Source: Pseudomonadota bacterium
GTDB lineage: Bacteria; Myxococcota_A; UBA796; SXON01
Assembly: GCA_030684355.1 (NCBI GenBank)
Contig: JAUXTN010000147.1
Location: forward strand, 8,687 to 72,686
DNA: 64,000 nt
Reading direction: 5' to 3'
Shown here in pieces: positions 1 through 8,737 of the stretch. Both the position numbers and the translations under genes were made by a program. The notes beneath the pieces are model-generated. The model had not been told where the DNA came from and made no database searches. It saw nothing but the letters and a program-made list of their open reading frames with translations. How positions within the stretch are numbered: the first letter of the stretch is position 1; each line of letters starts with the position of its first letter.

Positions 1-3000
1 GAGGGCATCGAGCACCGCCGCCTGGAGCCGCGTGAGGGCGTCGAGCTCCCCGGTCCGCGCGCGGACGGCGTCTTCGAGGAGCCGGCTGTGGGCCTGGAGC
101 GCGTCGTGGGCGACCCGCAGCTCGGCGGCGCGCACCTCTACGATCGAGAGCAGCTCGGCGTTCTCGTGCAGGGCCGACGCGACGGAGGCGAGCACGCGCA
201 GGGCCGAGACGTCGGTTGCCGCGAACGCCGCAGCGCGGTGGGTGTGCTCCAGGAGGAGGACGCCGGTGAGGGTGCCACGCAGGAAGACCGGGAGGGCCAG
301 CACGGCGCGCACGCCCGCCGATCGCACCCAGGGATCGTGCCCGAACGCGTCGGGGCGGCCCGCGTCGGCCTCCAGCACGATCTCCCCGGTGCGGGCCGCG
401 AGGCGCACCGCCGTTGCGCACGCGCGGCCGTACTCCCCGAGCGGCAGGCCCGACGTGAACGCGACGGCGCCGTTCTCCTGCACCGCGCGCACGCGCAGCT
501 CCTCGCCGCTCACCCCGATGAGCACCACGCGCTCGGCGCCCGCCTGCATCGCCGCCAGCCGCACGAGCGAGGCGAGCAGCGCGTCGCGACCGACCTCCCC
601 CGCGAGCGCCTCGGTGGCGCGCAGGACGACATCGAGGTTGGGCTCCACCGGCGGGGGGCGGCGCACGACCGGGAGCATCCGCGGGGTCGCGACGCTCGCG
701 AGGGGACCGGAGCCCCAGTCTCGCCAGCACTCCGCGGCGGACGCGCGGAGGAGCCGGGCGGACTCCTGCGCGCCCAGGTCGGCGTGCAGACGCGCCGCGG
801 TCTCGAGCGCCAGCGCGGCCTCGTGCGGAGCGCCCCGAGAGCGCGCGGAGCGGAAGGACGCGTCGAGCTCGGCCAGCGCGGCCGCGGGGCGCCCGCCGAC
901 GACGATGTCCAGGGCCTCGAGGAGCGCCACGCGGCTCGTGTAGTCGACCGGATTGGTCCGCGCGCGGCGGCGCATCTCCGCGAGCCCGCCATGGAGGCGG
1001 CGTCGGGTCGCTCGGTCCTTTGCGCCGCCGAACGCGAGCGAGCGCCCGGCCGCGACCGCCCCGTAGAAGAGGAAGAGCGGCTCGTTGATGGTGCCGCGGA
1101 CGGCGGCGCGGACGGGATCCGCGAGGCGGGCGTGCTCCAGGGCCTCGGCGTCGCGCCCGAACAGGACCGCGAGCACGCACCGGCAGAAGTTGACCGTGAA
1201 GGCCTGGTAGGGCTTCGCGGCGGACGGGGGCGGGCCCTCGAACAGCGCGTTCACGTCATCGACCCCGGCCAGGCAGCGCGCGAGCTGGTCAAACGGGGCG
1301 CTGGTCTCGATCGCGATGGCGAGGTTGTGCCGCTGGAGCTGCTCGTCGAGCCGGCGGAGGTCCTGGATGGCCCGGTCCAGGGGCTCGCCCGAAAACACGA
1401 CGTGGTTCACGTAGAACGCCGCGTTGACGCCGGCGTGGAGGGAGTCGCCCTCGGCGAAGCCGCGCCGCACCGCCTCTTCGAGCGGCTTTATGGAGTCGCG
1501 GATGGGGTGGCGGGTGTGGTGCTGGGTGGCGTACCAGACGGAGGCCACCTTCGCCTCCAGCCCGTGCGGCCGGTGGCGATCGAACATGCTCCGCGCGGCC
1601 TCGCCGAGGGCGTAGCCCCCCTCGGCGTCGCCGAGGACCGCCGACTGGAGGATGGCGAAGACGAGCAGGCCCCACGCCGTGCCCGGGCACGCGCCGGAGG
1701 CGAGGCCGATGCGCACCATCTCGCCGCACAGGTAGGCGAAGAGGTCGGGATCGGAGAGGTAGGCGGCGGTCGAGCCGCGCAGCATCACCCGCAACGCGGC
1801 GGCGGCGCGCGGGTCGGTGACCTCCGGCAGGGCGAGGAGGTCCGCGACGGAGCGCCCCCGCATCGCAAACCGGGCACGGACGAGCGCGAGGACCACCCGC
1901 CCCTTCCCCACGCGCTCCGGCAGGTGGTATCCGAGCCGGTCCAACGCGGCGCGGGTCGCGACGAGGGCGGCGGCCGGGCTCCCGCGGGCCACCTCGAGGT
2001 CGATACGCAGCTCCAGGGCCTCGGCCGCGAGCATCGGCTCGGTGACGCGCTCGAGGAGGCGGTCGATGAACGGATCCACCCGATCGGGCGCGGCGATCAC
2101 CGCCGCCCGCGCGCCCTCCAGGTAGAGCGCCGCGGCCTCCTCGGGGCGCCGCCACGGATCGTCGCCGAGCAGCGCGAACGCCGCGTCCACGAACCCGAGC
2201 CCGGCGGCGAACGCCCCCGTGGTCCGCGCCACCTGGGCGCCGCGCAGGCTCCAGCGCACCTCCTCGTCGCGTTGCGCGGCGGTCTCGAGCGCTGCGAAGC
2301 CGAGCCCGCGCTGGTGGACGGCGCGGAGGAGGGCCTCGGCCTGCGGGTGGGGGCCGAGGGCCGCGCAGAGGAGGCCGCCGAGCCGGGCGTGCAAGGCCGC
2401 CGCGGCGGCCGGCGGAAGGAGGTCGAGGGCGGCTTGCTGGAGCCGATCGTGCAGGAAACGCCAGCTCGCGGGCTCCTCGTCGGTGGCCCTCACCCGGGCG
2501 AGCACGCCGGCGGCGACGGCCTCGGCGAGCCGCGCCTCGACGCGGCTCACGGGGCGGTCCAGCACGTCGGCGACGAACGCGGCGGGGAACCGGTCGCCGA
2601 CGCGCGCGCCCACGGCGAGGACGTCCCGTACGGACGCGGGCAGGGCGCGGAGCTCCTGCACGAGGATGGCCGCCACGCCGGCGCCGATGTCCACGGCGCC
2701 CGCGGCCTCCAGATCGACCGCGAGGCCGCTCTCGCCCCCGCGGATCGCGCCGATGGCCACGAGGTGGCGCAGGAAGGCGCGCACGAAGAAGGGGTTCCCC
2801 TGGGTCCGCCGGTGGATCAGGTGGGCCAGCGGAGCGGACTCCGGCCCCACGTCGCCGAGGGTGCTCGCGAGCAGCTCGGCCAGCGCGGGCTCATCAAGGC
2901 CCCCCAGCTCAAGGCGGATCGCGCCGTCCACGCGTTCGCGCCCGATGGCCCCCTCGTCGGGCCGCCACCCGCCGATCACGAGGAGATGGCGCGCGTCCGC

Positions 3001-4377
3001 CGCGCTCGCCAAGGCGCGGAACATCCCGACGGTCTCGGCGTCGGCGCGGTGCAGGTCGTCGAGCGCGAGGACGAGCGGCGGGGCGGCCTCCGCGACCGCC
3101 AGGACGAACCGCTCGACCGCGTGGAGGAGCCGGGCTGCGGCGGCGCCCACGCCCTCGTCCCGCGGGGACGGTTCGCCGCCGGGCACGAGCCACACGAGCC
3201 GGGGCCCCAGCGCCGCGATGAGGGGGCCGTTGGCGCCCACCGCGCGCGCCACCGCCCTCCGCACCCGCTCCAGCCGCGCGGCGTCCCCCGAGAGCACCTG
3301 GGCCGCGATCTCGTCCAGCGCGCCCGCCAGGGCGCCGAGGGGGCGCGGGGCGCCGAGGGGGTCCACCCGCCCGATCCCGAAGCAGCCGCCGCGCGCGAGG
3401 GTCGGCCCGCGCAGCGTCTCGATGAGCGTGGTCTTCCCGATGCCAGCAGGCCCCACGACCTCCACCCGCAGGCACGCCCCCGCCGCCGCGCGCGCCAGGG
3501 CGTCGTCGAGCTGGTCCCGCTCGGGCTTCCGCCCCAGGAGCGCCTCGCCCTGCGGCAGGGCCCGTCCCCCGTCCGCCAGCGACCACGCGAACGGCGGGAT
3601 GTCCCCCTGGGCGTCGTAGAGACGCCGTGCATGCGCGAGGTCGGCCAGGAACGCGGCCGCGCTCCGCGGGCGATCGCGGGGATCCGTCGCCAGGAGCCTC
3701 GCCACGAGGGCCGCGAGCCCGGGCGGCACGTTCGCCAGCGGCGCCGGCTGGCTCGAGAGCGCGAGGTGGCGGCGCTCGAGCGGGTCGGCGACGTCGAACG
3801 CGGGGCGCCCGGCGCAGAGCTCGTAGAGGATTCCGCCGAGGGCGTAGAGGTCGCTCCGCGCGTCGATGATGCCGTCCGCCTGCTCCGGCGCGCGGCGATG
3901 CGCCCCCGGGTCATCGCCGCGCGTCCGCCCGATCACGAGGAGGTCCACGAGCAGCGGGCGCCCCTCGGCGTCGAGGACGTAGCTCTCCATCTCGAGCCGC
4001 CCGTGTACGAGCCCGGCGGCATGGAGCGCGACGAGCCCCTGGGCCATCCCCTCCGCCAGCCCCAGGAGTACGGCCACAGGCTGCCGGGCGCCCCGCAGTG
4101 ACGCGAGCGAGGGCCCGCCCGGGTCGCTGACGAGCACGACCTCCTGGCGCCCGAGGCGATCCCCACCGAGGAGCCGCCCCACGTGGGGATGCCGAAGCCC
4201 CCGCACCGGCTCCAGGGCGGCGAGATCGGGGCTCTCCGCCTCGTGCACGACCACGACGAGCCGGCCGCGCTCCCCACGCCACGGCCCGCGGAGCATCGTC
4301 CACGTCCCCGCGGGATCGGCCGCCAACATCTCGAGCGCCGCCTCGCCCGCGGTCCGCTCCTCGTTCGTGTCGAGCAT
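1..4377 (-). CDS. Large multidomain sensor (C-terminus outside window): degenerate Ser/Thr-kinase-like domain, P-loop NTPase, long helical/TPR-like region, GAF domain, coiled coil
   Basis: Absent from the supplied ORF track because the frame stays open to position 1. My own reverse translation from ATG 4377 gives MLDTNEERTAGEAALEML... Kinase C-lobe motif APEQADGIIDARSDLYALGGILYEL lies at ~3815-3895. Walker A VVGPAGIGKTTL lies at ~3430-3465. A GAF-like block (VVLIGVSGEELRVRAV ... LALPVFLRGTLTGVLLLEH) lies at ~230-650. Strong G/C third-position bias. The output domain is beyond the window. Confidence 0.85.
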   Translation of the reverse strand, partial: MLDTNEERTAGEAALEMLAADPAGTWTMLRGPWRGERGRLVVVVHEAESPDLAALEPVRGLRHPHVGRLLGGDRLGRQEVVLVSDPGGPSLASLRGARQPVAVLLGLAEGMAQGLVALHAAGLVHGRLEMESYVLDAEGRPLLVDLLVIGRTRGDDPGAHRRAPEQADGIIDARSDLYALGGILYELCAGRPAFDVADPLERRHLALSSQPAPLANVPPGLAALVARLLATDPRDRPRSAAAFLADLAHARRLYDAQGDIPPFAWSLADGGRALPQGEALLGRKPERDQLDDALARAAAGACLRVEVVGPAGIGKTTLIETLRGPTLARGGCFGIGRVDPLGAPRPLGALAGALDEIAAQVLSGDAARLERVRRAVARAVGANGPLIAALGPRLVWLVPGGEPSPRDEGVGAAAARLLHAVERFVLAVAEAAPPLVLALDDLHRADAETVGMFRALASAADARHLLVIGGWRPDEGAIGRERVDGAIRLELGGLDEPALAELLASTLGDVGPESAPLAHLIHRRTQGNPFFVRAFLRHLVAIGAIRGGESGLAVDLEAAGAVDIGAGVAAILVQELRALPASVRDVLAVGARVGDRFPAAFVADVLDRPVSRVEARLAEAVAAGVLARVRATDEEPASWRFLHDRLQQAALDLLPPAAAAALHARLGGLLCAALGPHPQAEALLRAVHQRGLGFAALETAAQRDEEVRWSLRGAQVARTTGAFAAGLGFVDAAFALLGDDPWRRPEEAAALYLEGARAAVIAAPDRVDPFIDRLLERVTEPMLAAEALELRIDLEVARGSPAAALVATRAALDRLGYHLPERVGKGRVVLALVRARFAMRGRSVADLLALPEVTDPRAAAALRVMLRGSTAAYLSDPDLFAYLCGEMVRIGLASGACPGTAWGLLVFAILQSAVLGDAEGGYALGEAARSMFDRHRPHGLEAKVASVWYATQHHTRHPIRDSIKPLEEAVRRGFAEGDSLHAGVNAAFYVNHVVFSGEPLDRAIQDLRRLDEQLQRHNLAIAIETSAPFDQLARCLAGVDDVNALFEGPPPSAAKPYQAFTVNFCRCVLAVLFGRDAEALEHARLADPVRAAVRGTINEPLFLFYGAVAAGRSLAFGGAKDRATRRRLHGGLAEMRRRARTNPVDYTSRVALLEALDIVVGGRPAAALAELDASFRSARSRGAPHEAALALETAARLHADLGAQESARLLRASAAECWRDWGSGPLASVATPRMLPVVRRPPPVEPNLDVVLRATEALAGEVGRDALLASLVRLAAMQAGAERVVLIGVSGEELRVRAVQENGAVAFTSGLPLGEYGRACATAVRLAARTGEIVLEADAGRPDAFGHDPWVRSAGVRAVLALPVFLRGTLTGVLLLEHTHRAAAFAATDVSALRVLASVASALHENAELLSIVEVRAAELRVAHDALQAHSRLLEDAVRARTGELDALTRLQAAVLDAL

Positions 4378-4437
4378 CGGCCGCAAGGCTACCGGTTCGC
4401 GTCCCGGAGCGCGAGCACGGGCTTGAAAACGCCCGCG

Positions 4438-4896
4438 TCAGCGGATCCGGATCATGCACTCCGCGGGCACCACGTGCTCGCCCCACTCGGGCTTCAACCG
4501 CCAGTAGGCGTACTCCGCCACGCACTCCGCGCCGAGCTCGCCGACCTTCTGCTTGAGGGCCTCGACCATCGTGCCGGGCCACGCGGTGTAGACGCTGAAC
4601 ACGGCGACCTTCTTCTCGTCGAGGGCCTCCACGCCGTCGAGGAAGACCCCCACGGGGGTGGGGAGCTCCGATGGGCGGAGGCCCAGCCGGAGCACGGGCG
4701 CGCCGACGATCACGCCCGCGTAGGGCCCGATATCGGGGATGTCCCCGCCGAGGACGAAGGTGTCGACGGAGAAGGCGCGCTCCTCCAACATCTGCTTCAT
4801 GCGGGGAACGACGGAGCCGCAGAGCCCGCGGCTGTCGTCATAGGCGATGAGGAGGCGAGGCGGCTTGAATGGCACAAGAACCCGAAACGCCCGCAA
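4438..4896 (-). CDS. Flavodoxin-like fold protein
   Basis: ORF 4438..4896. PRLLIAYDDSRGLCGSV ... GVIVGAPV ... VAVFSVYTAWPG resembles the flavodoxin-domain pattern. The track start at 4896 is TTG. An in-frame GTG at 4875 (MPFKPPRLLIAYDD) is an equally plausible start. Confidence 0.65.
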   Translation of the reverse strand: MRAFRVLVPFKPPRLLIAYDDSRGLCGSVVPRMKQMLEERAFSVDTFVLGGDIPDIGPYAGVIVGAPVLRLGLRPSELPTPVGVFLDGVEALDEKKVAVFSVYTAWPGTMVEALKQKVGELGAECVAEYAYWRLKPEWGEHVVPAECMIRIR

Positions 4897-4939
4897 GGTA
4901 GTCGGCGGTCAAGCCTCGGTCAACCACCGGATGCCGTGC

Positions 4940-4968
4940 TTGACGTCCTCGGTGCCTTCCGGTACTTC
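4940..4968 (+). promoter_or_regulatory. Candidate promoter of the GYF-domain gene
   Basis: TTGACG-N17-TACTTC, ending 23 nt upstream of ATG 4992. Confidence 0.25.
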
Positions 4969-4991
4969 GCGACCACGATCAAGGGTGCCGA

Positions 4992-6017
4992 ATGTCCCGC
5001 TGGATGATCAACGCGCGCGGTCAGCAGTACAGCGCCTCGAGCATGGAGGAGCTGCGCCAGTTCGCGAAGCGGGGCGACCTGACCGCGGGCGACATCGTGC
5101 AGCCCCCGGGCGCCGCCGACTGGATCTACGCGCTCGAAGTTCCCGAGCTCAAGGGCTCCCTCCGCGCGGACCTGGAGATGGACGCCGACGCGCCGGCCCC
5201 CGCGAGGGAGTTCCCGCCCGTCGTCCGCTGGGTCGCCGCCGCCGCGCTGGCCCTCACGGCGGTGGGCGCCTGGTCCTACGCCCTCGGCCTCCGCGACACC
5301 ATCCCGCAGCCCGATGACCTCGAGCTCATCGGCGGCAAGAGCGGCCTCTCGTTCTCCGAGGTGCTCGTCACCGCCGAGAACGGCCAGCTCTACGCCGCAC
5401 CGGACGCGAATTCGGCGGTCGTCAGCGCGCTGACGAAGAACGCCAAGGCCGAGCTCCTCGCCAAGCGTGGCAAGTGGTACCGCCTCCGTGCGGACGGCAA
5501 GGAAGGCTACGCCGCCTTCGACACCGTCATCCCCGCGTACTTCTTCGGGAACGACGTGGACAAGCTCACGCACGACCCGCTCTACAACCCCGACAAGTAC
5601 GTCTACGTCCGCAACAGCTCGTGGCAGCTCCTCCCCGAGGGCGGCAACAAGAACGTCACGGTGTTCACGTTCCTCATGCAGAACGACGCCAAGTTCGCCA
5701 TGACCGACGTGAAGCTCCTCGTCACGATCAAGGACAAGAACGACGCCGTGCTCGAGACCAAGGAGATCGCCGTCGAAGGCACGATCCCCGCGGAGTTCAG
5801 CACGATGGTGGGCGTCTTGAAGGCCGACAAGCGGGACAAGTCCAGCGTCGACCGCATCATGAGCTCGTCGAGCTTCGAAGAGATGGCGAAGGCCGATCCC
5901 GACCTCGTCGAGCGCTGGCTCGACGGCGTGGAGGTCCGGCTCACGTCGGACGGCTTCACCGAGGCCGCCATCGAGCTGCTCGAAGTGCGCGCGGTCCCCG
6001 CGGAAGCCGCGAAGTAG
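4992..6017 (+). CDS. GYF_2-domain membrane protein with SH3-like and beta-rich C-terminal region
   Basis: N-terminus WMINARGQQYSASSMEELRQFAKRGDLTAGDIVQPPGAADWIYALEVPELK matches the GYF_2 pattern. One hydrophobic helix (VVRWVAAAALALTAVGAWSYAL). Good GC3 bias. Confidence 0.75.
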   Translation: MSRWMINARGQQYSASSMEELRQFAKRGDLTAGDIVQPPGAADWIYALEVPELKGSLRADLEMDADAPAPAREFPPVVRWVAAAALALTAVGAWSYALGLRDTIPQPDDLELIGGKSGLSFSEVLVTAENGQLYAAPDANSAVVSALTKNAKAELLAKRGKWYRLRADGKEGYAAFDTVIPAYFFGNDVDKLTHDPLYNPDKYVYVRNSSWQLLPEGGNKNVTVFTFLMQNDAKFAMTDVKLLVTIKDKNDAVLETKEIAVEGTIPAEFSTMVGVLKADKRDKSSVDRIMSSSSFEEMAKADPDLVERWLDGVEVRLTSDGFTEAAIELLEVRAVPAEAAK

Positions 6018-6025
6018 CAACGGGC

Positions 6026-7969
6026 CTACGCCTCGGTCGTGGCGTCGGGCTCGTGCGCGGGCTCCGGCGCCGCTGACGCCTCCGAGGGCGGCACGAGGCC
6101 GAGCCCCTCGCGGATCGTCTCGCTGTCCCAGGCGTGGTCGCCGAACCCGTGCGCCCCCCGCAGGTCCGCCTGGAGGGCCGTGGAGAGCGCGCTGACGCGC
6201 TCGCGAGCGGTGCTGACGAGCTTCGCCTGGTCGTTGCGGAGCGCCGCCAGCTCGCGGACCGACTGCTCGTCGTAGCGACGGAACGTACGGGCACCACGGA
6301 GCGCGACATAGGCGTGCACCCCGAGCGCGCGCAGGGCGTCGGCGCCGACGCGGAGGGAGGTGTCGAAGGTCTCGCGGTAGACCTCCTCCACGCCCGCGTC
6401 GATGAGCTCGTAGGCCTCGGTGCGGCCGCGGGCCCGGGCGAGGATCGTGAGGTGGGGGAAGTGCTTCCGGGCGGTGTGGACGATCTCCATCGCCTTCGCG
6501 TGCTGGTCGACCGCCACGATGAGCACCTTCGCCGTCCCCGCGCCGGCGGCCCGGAGGAGGTCGAGGCGGGAGGCGTCCCCGTAGAACACCTTCTGGCCGA
6601 ACTTGCCGAGCACGTCCATGAGCTCGGAGTCCACGTCCACGCCCGTCACGCCGATGCCGTTCGCCCTCAGGAAGCGGCCGGCGATCTGCCCGAAGCGGCC
6701 GTAGCCCGCGACGATGACGGGGTTGTGCTCGTCCTCGACGTCGGATTCCCGGGTCTCCGCCTTCACCGTCACGAGCCGGGGGAGCACGAAGCGCTCGTTC
6801 ACCGCGAGGAGGAGCGGGCTCGCGGCCATCGAGAGCGCGGTGACCGCCACCATCGGCCGGATGATGTCGTCGGGGAGTACGCCGCTCTGGCCGGCGAACG
6901 AGAAGAGCACGAACGCGAACTCGCCGACCTGGCACAGCGCAACCGCCAGGATCGCACCCTGATCGCGGCGCGCCCCGAACGCCCGCCCGAGCGCGAGGAG
7001 CAGCCCGATCTTCACGCCGATGACGCCGACGAGGAGCCCGACGATCTTGACCGGGCCGTCGAGGAGGAGGCCGAAGTCGATGGAGGCGCCCACCGCGATG
7101 AAGAAGAGCCCGAGCAGCAGCCCCTTGAACGGCTCGATGTCGCTCTCGAGCTCGTGCCGGTACTCGCTGTTCGCGAGCACCACGCCCGCGAGGAAGGTGC
7201 CCAACGCCGGGGAGAGGCCCACCAGCGACATCAGGAGCGTCACGCCGATCACGAGCAGGAGCGCGGCCGCCGTGAACATCTCGCGCAGGCCGGTCTGCGC
7301 CACCGCGCGCATGGCCGGCCGCACCAGGAATCGCCCCGCGCCGACGACCGCCGAGATGGCGCCGAGCACGACGGCGCCGTGCTGCCAGGCCGGCAGGTGG
7401 TCCACGAAGCTCGCGCCGTGACCCTCCCCCTCCCCTCCCCCCGCGACCGTGACCGTCGCGAGCAGCGGAAACACCGCCAGCATCGGGATCACCGCGATGT
7501 CCTGGAAGAGCAGCACCGCGAAGGACTTCTGCCCCGCGTCGCTCTTCATCAGCCCCTTCTCCGCCAGCGACTGGAGCGCGATCGCGGTCGAGGACATCGC
7601 CAGGATCAGGCCGAGCGCCACCGCTTGCTGCCACGGCAGGCCGAGCGCGAGCGCGATCCCCGCGACGACCGTGGCGGTGCCCAGCACCTGGAGCCCGCCG
7701 AGCCCCAGGATGGGCCCCCGCAAGCGCCACAAGGTCGCCGGGTCGAGCTCCAGCCCCACGAGGAACAGCATCATGACGACGCCGAACTCGGCGAAGTGCA
7801 TGACGTCCTGGCCGCCCTCGGCCCCGACGAGGTGCAGGCCCCACGGCCCGATGAGCAGCCCGGCGAGCAGGTAGCCGAGCACCGAGCCGAGGCCGAGCCG
7901 CTTGGCGATCGGCACCACGACGAGCGCGGCGGCGAGGTAGACGAAGGCCTGGACGAACAACGAGTCCAT
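6026..7969 (-). CDS. kefC: Glutathione-regulated K+ efflux / CPA2 cation:proton antiporter with TrkA-N (KTN) domain
   Basis: MDSLFVQAFVYLAAALVVVPIAKRLGLGSVLGYLLAGLLIGPWGL... is a typical KefB/KefC N-terminus. The KTN Rossmann motif is VIVAGYGRFGQ. It is preceded by a kefF/G-type gene. KefB versus KefC cannot be distinguished by eye. Confidence 0.9.
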   Translation of the reverse strand: MDSLFVQAFVYLAAALVVVPIAKRLGLGSVLGYLLAGLLIGPWGLHLVGAEGGQDVMHFAEFGVVMMLFLVGLELDPATLWRLRGPILGLGGLQVLGTATVVAGIALALGLPWQQAVALGLILAMSSTAIALQSLAEKGLMKSDAGQKSFAVLLFQDIAVIPMLAVFPLLATVTVAGGGEGEGHGASFVDHLPAWQHGAVVLGAISAVVGAGRFLVRPAMRAVAQTGLREMFTAAALLLVIGVTLLMSLVGLSPALGTFLAGVVLANSEYRHELESDIEPFKGLLLGLFFIAVGASIDFGLLLDGPVKIVGLLVGVIGVKIGLLLALGRAFGARRDQGAILAVALCQVGEFAFVLFSFAGQSGVLPDDIIRPMVAVTALSMAASPLLLAVNERFVLPRLVTVKAETRESDVEDEHNPVIVAGYGRFGQIAGRFLRANGIGVTGVDVDSELMDVLGKFGQKVFYGDASRLDLLRAAGAGTAKVLIVAVDQHAKAMEIVHTARKHFPHLTILARARGRTEAYELIDAGVEEVYRETFDTSLRVGADALRALGVHAYVALRGARTFRRYDEQSVRELAALRNDQAKLVSTARERVSALSTALQADLRGAHGFGDHAWDSETIREGLGLVPPSEASAAPEPAHEPDATTEA

Positions 7970-7978
7970 GGGCGCTCC

Positions 7979-8650
7979 CTATGCGCCGGGCGCGAGGATG
8001 GAGTCGGTGAGGGTGGCGGCGGCGAGCGAGGGGCCGTCGAGCCGATCGGGATCGAGCCGCCCGTCGCGGAGGGCCTCGATGACGCGGCGATAGCCGACGG
8101 CGCTGTGCTCGATGTCCGCGTCCGTGAGGCGATGGCTGCCGTGCACGACGAACGGCGGCAGGGTCCGGATCCCGCAGAGGTGCATGCTCTGCTCGATGGG
8201 CGCCAGGAGCTGCCGGATCGTGAAGCGGTTGTAGCCGCCCGGTTGGTAGGCGGTGTCCGGGCCCCCCGTCGTGATGGCGGAGAGGAAGGTCTTGCCGTTG
8301 AGCGCGTGGCCACCGGGGCCGTAGGCCCAGCCGAACTCCAGGACGAGGTCCTGCCACTCCTTCAGGATGGCGGGCGTGCTGTACCAGTAGAACGGATGCT
8401 GCCAGACGATGATCGGGTGGGCGAGCAGCAAGGCCTGCTCGCGCTTCACGTCGATGTCGAAGTCCGGGTAGGCGTCGTAGAGGTCATGGACGGTGACCCC
8501 CTCGATCCCCAGGATCGACGACGCCAGCACCCGGTTCACGCGCGACCGGTGCATGGCCGGGTGGGCCACGAGCACCAGCACCCGCCCAGACGCGCCCCGA
8601 GGCGCCGCGCGCAACCGCGTCGTGCCCCGCTCCCCGCTCCCGTGACTCAT
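7979..8650 (-). CDS. kefF: KefF/KefG-type ancillary NAD(P)H quinone oxidoreductase (flavodoxin-like fold)
   Basis: VLVLVAHPAMHRSRVNRVL ... WQHPFYWYSTPAILKEWQD matches KefF/KefG. The gene sits 10 nt upstream of kefC, as in E. coli kefFC/kefGB. Start re-set to ATG 8650 (MSHGSGERG), which is preceded by GGAGAG. The track ORF extends to 8713. Confidence 0.85.
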   Translation of the reverse strand: MSHGSGERGTTRLRAAPRGASGRVLVLVAHPAMHRSRVNRVLASSILGIEGVTVHDLYDAYPDFDIDVKREQALLLAHPIIVWQHPFYWYSTPAILKEWQDLVLEFGWAYGPGGHALNGKTFLSAITTGGPDTAYQPGGYNRFTIRQLLAPIEQSMHLCGIRTLPPFVVHGSHRLTDADIEHSAVGYRRVIEALRDGRLDPDRLDGPSLAAATLTDSILAPGA

Positions 8651-8737
8651 CGCCTCTCCCGACGCCCTCCGCCTAACCCCGTGCGGGGAAGACGAGCTTG
8701 GGGCGCGGGACATGCCGTGCGTGGGCCGGCCCGGAGC

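Noticed and set aside
88-4101. 1337-aa plus-strand ORF covering the left end of the window.
   Set aside because: It is antisense to the sensor gene. Its translation is Arg/Gly/Ala/Glu/His-rich with no motifs, whereas the minus strand gives coherent kinase, P-loop and GAF motifs with G/C at third positions.
8651-8737. ccccg-tg-cgggg hairpin after lipoprotein gene E as a terminator separating it from kefFC.
   Set aside because: The stem is only 4-5 bp with a 2-4 nt loop, which is too weak to call.
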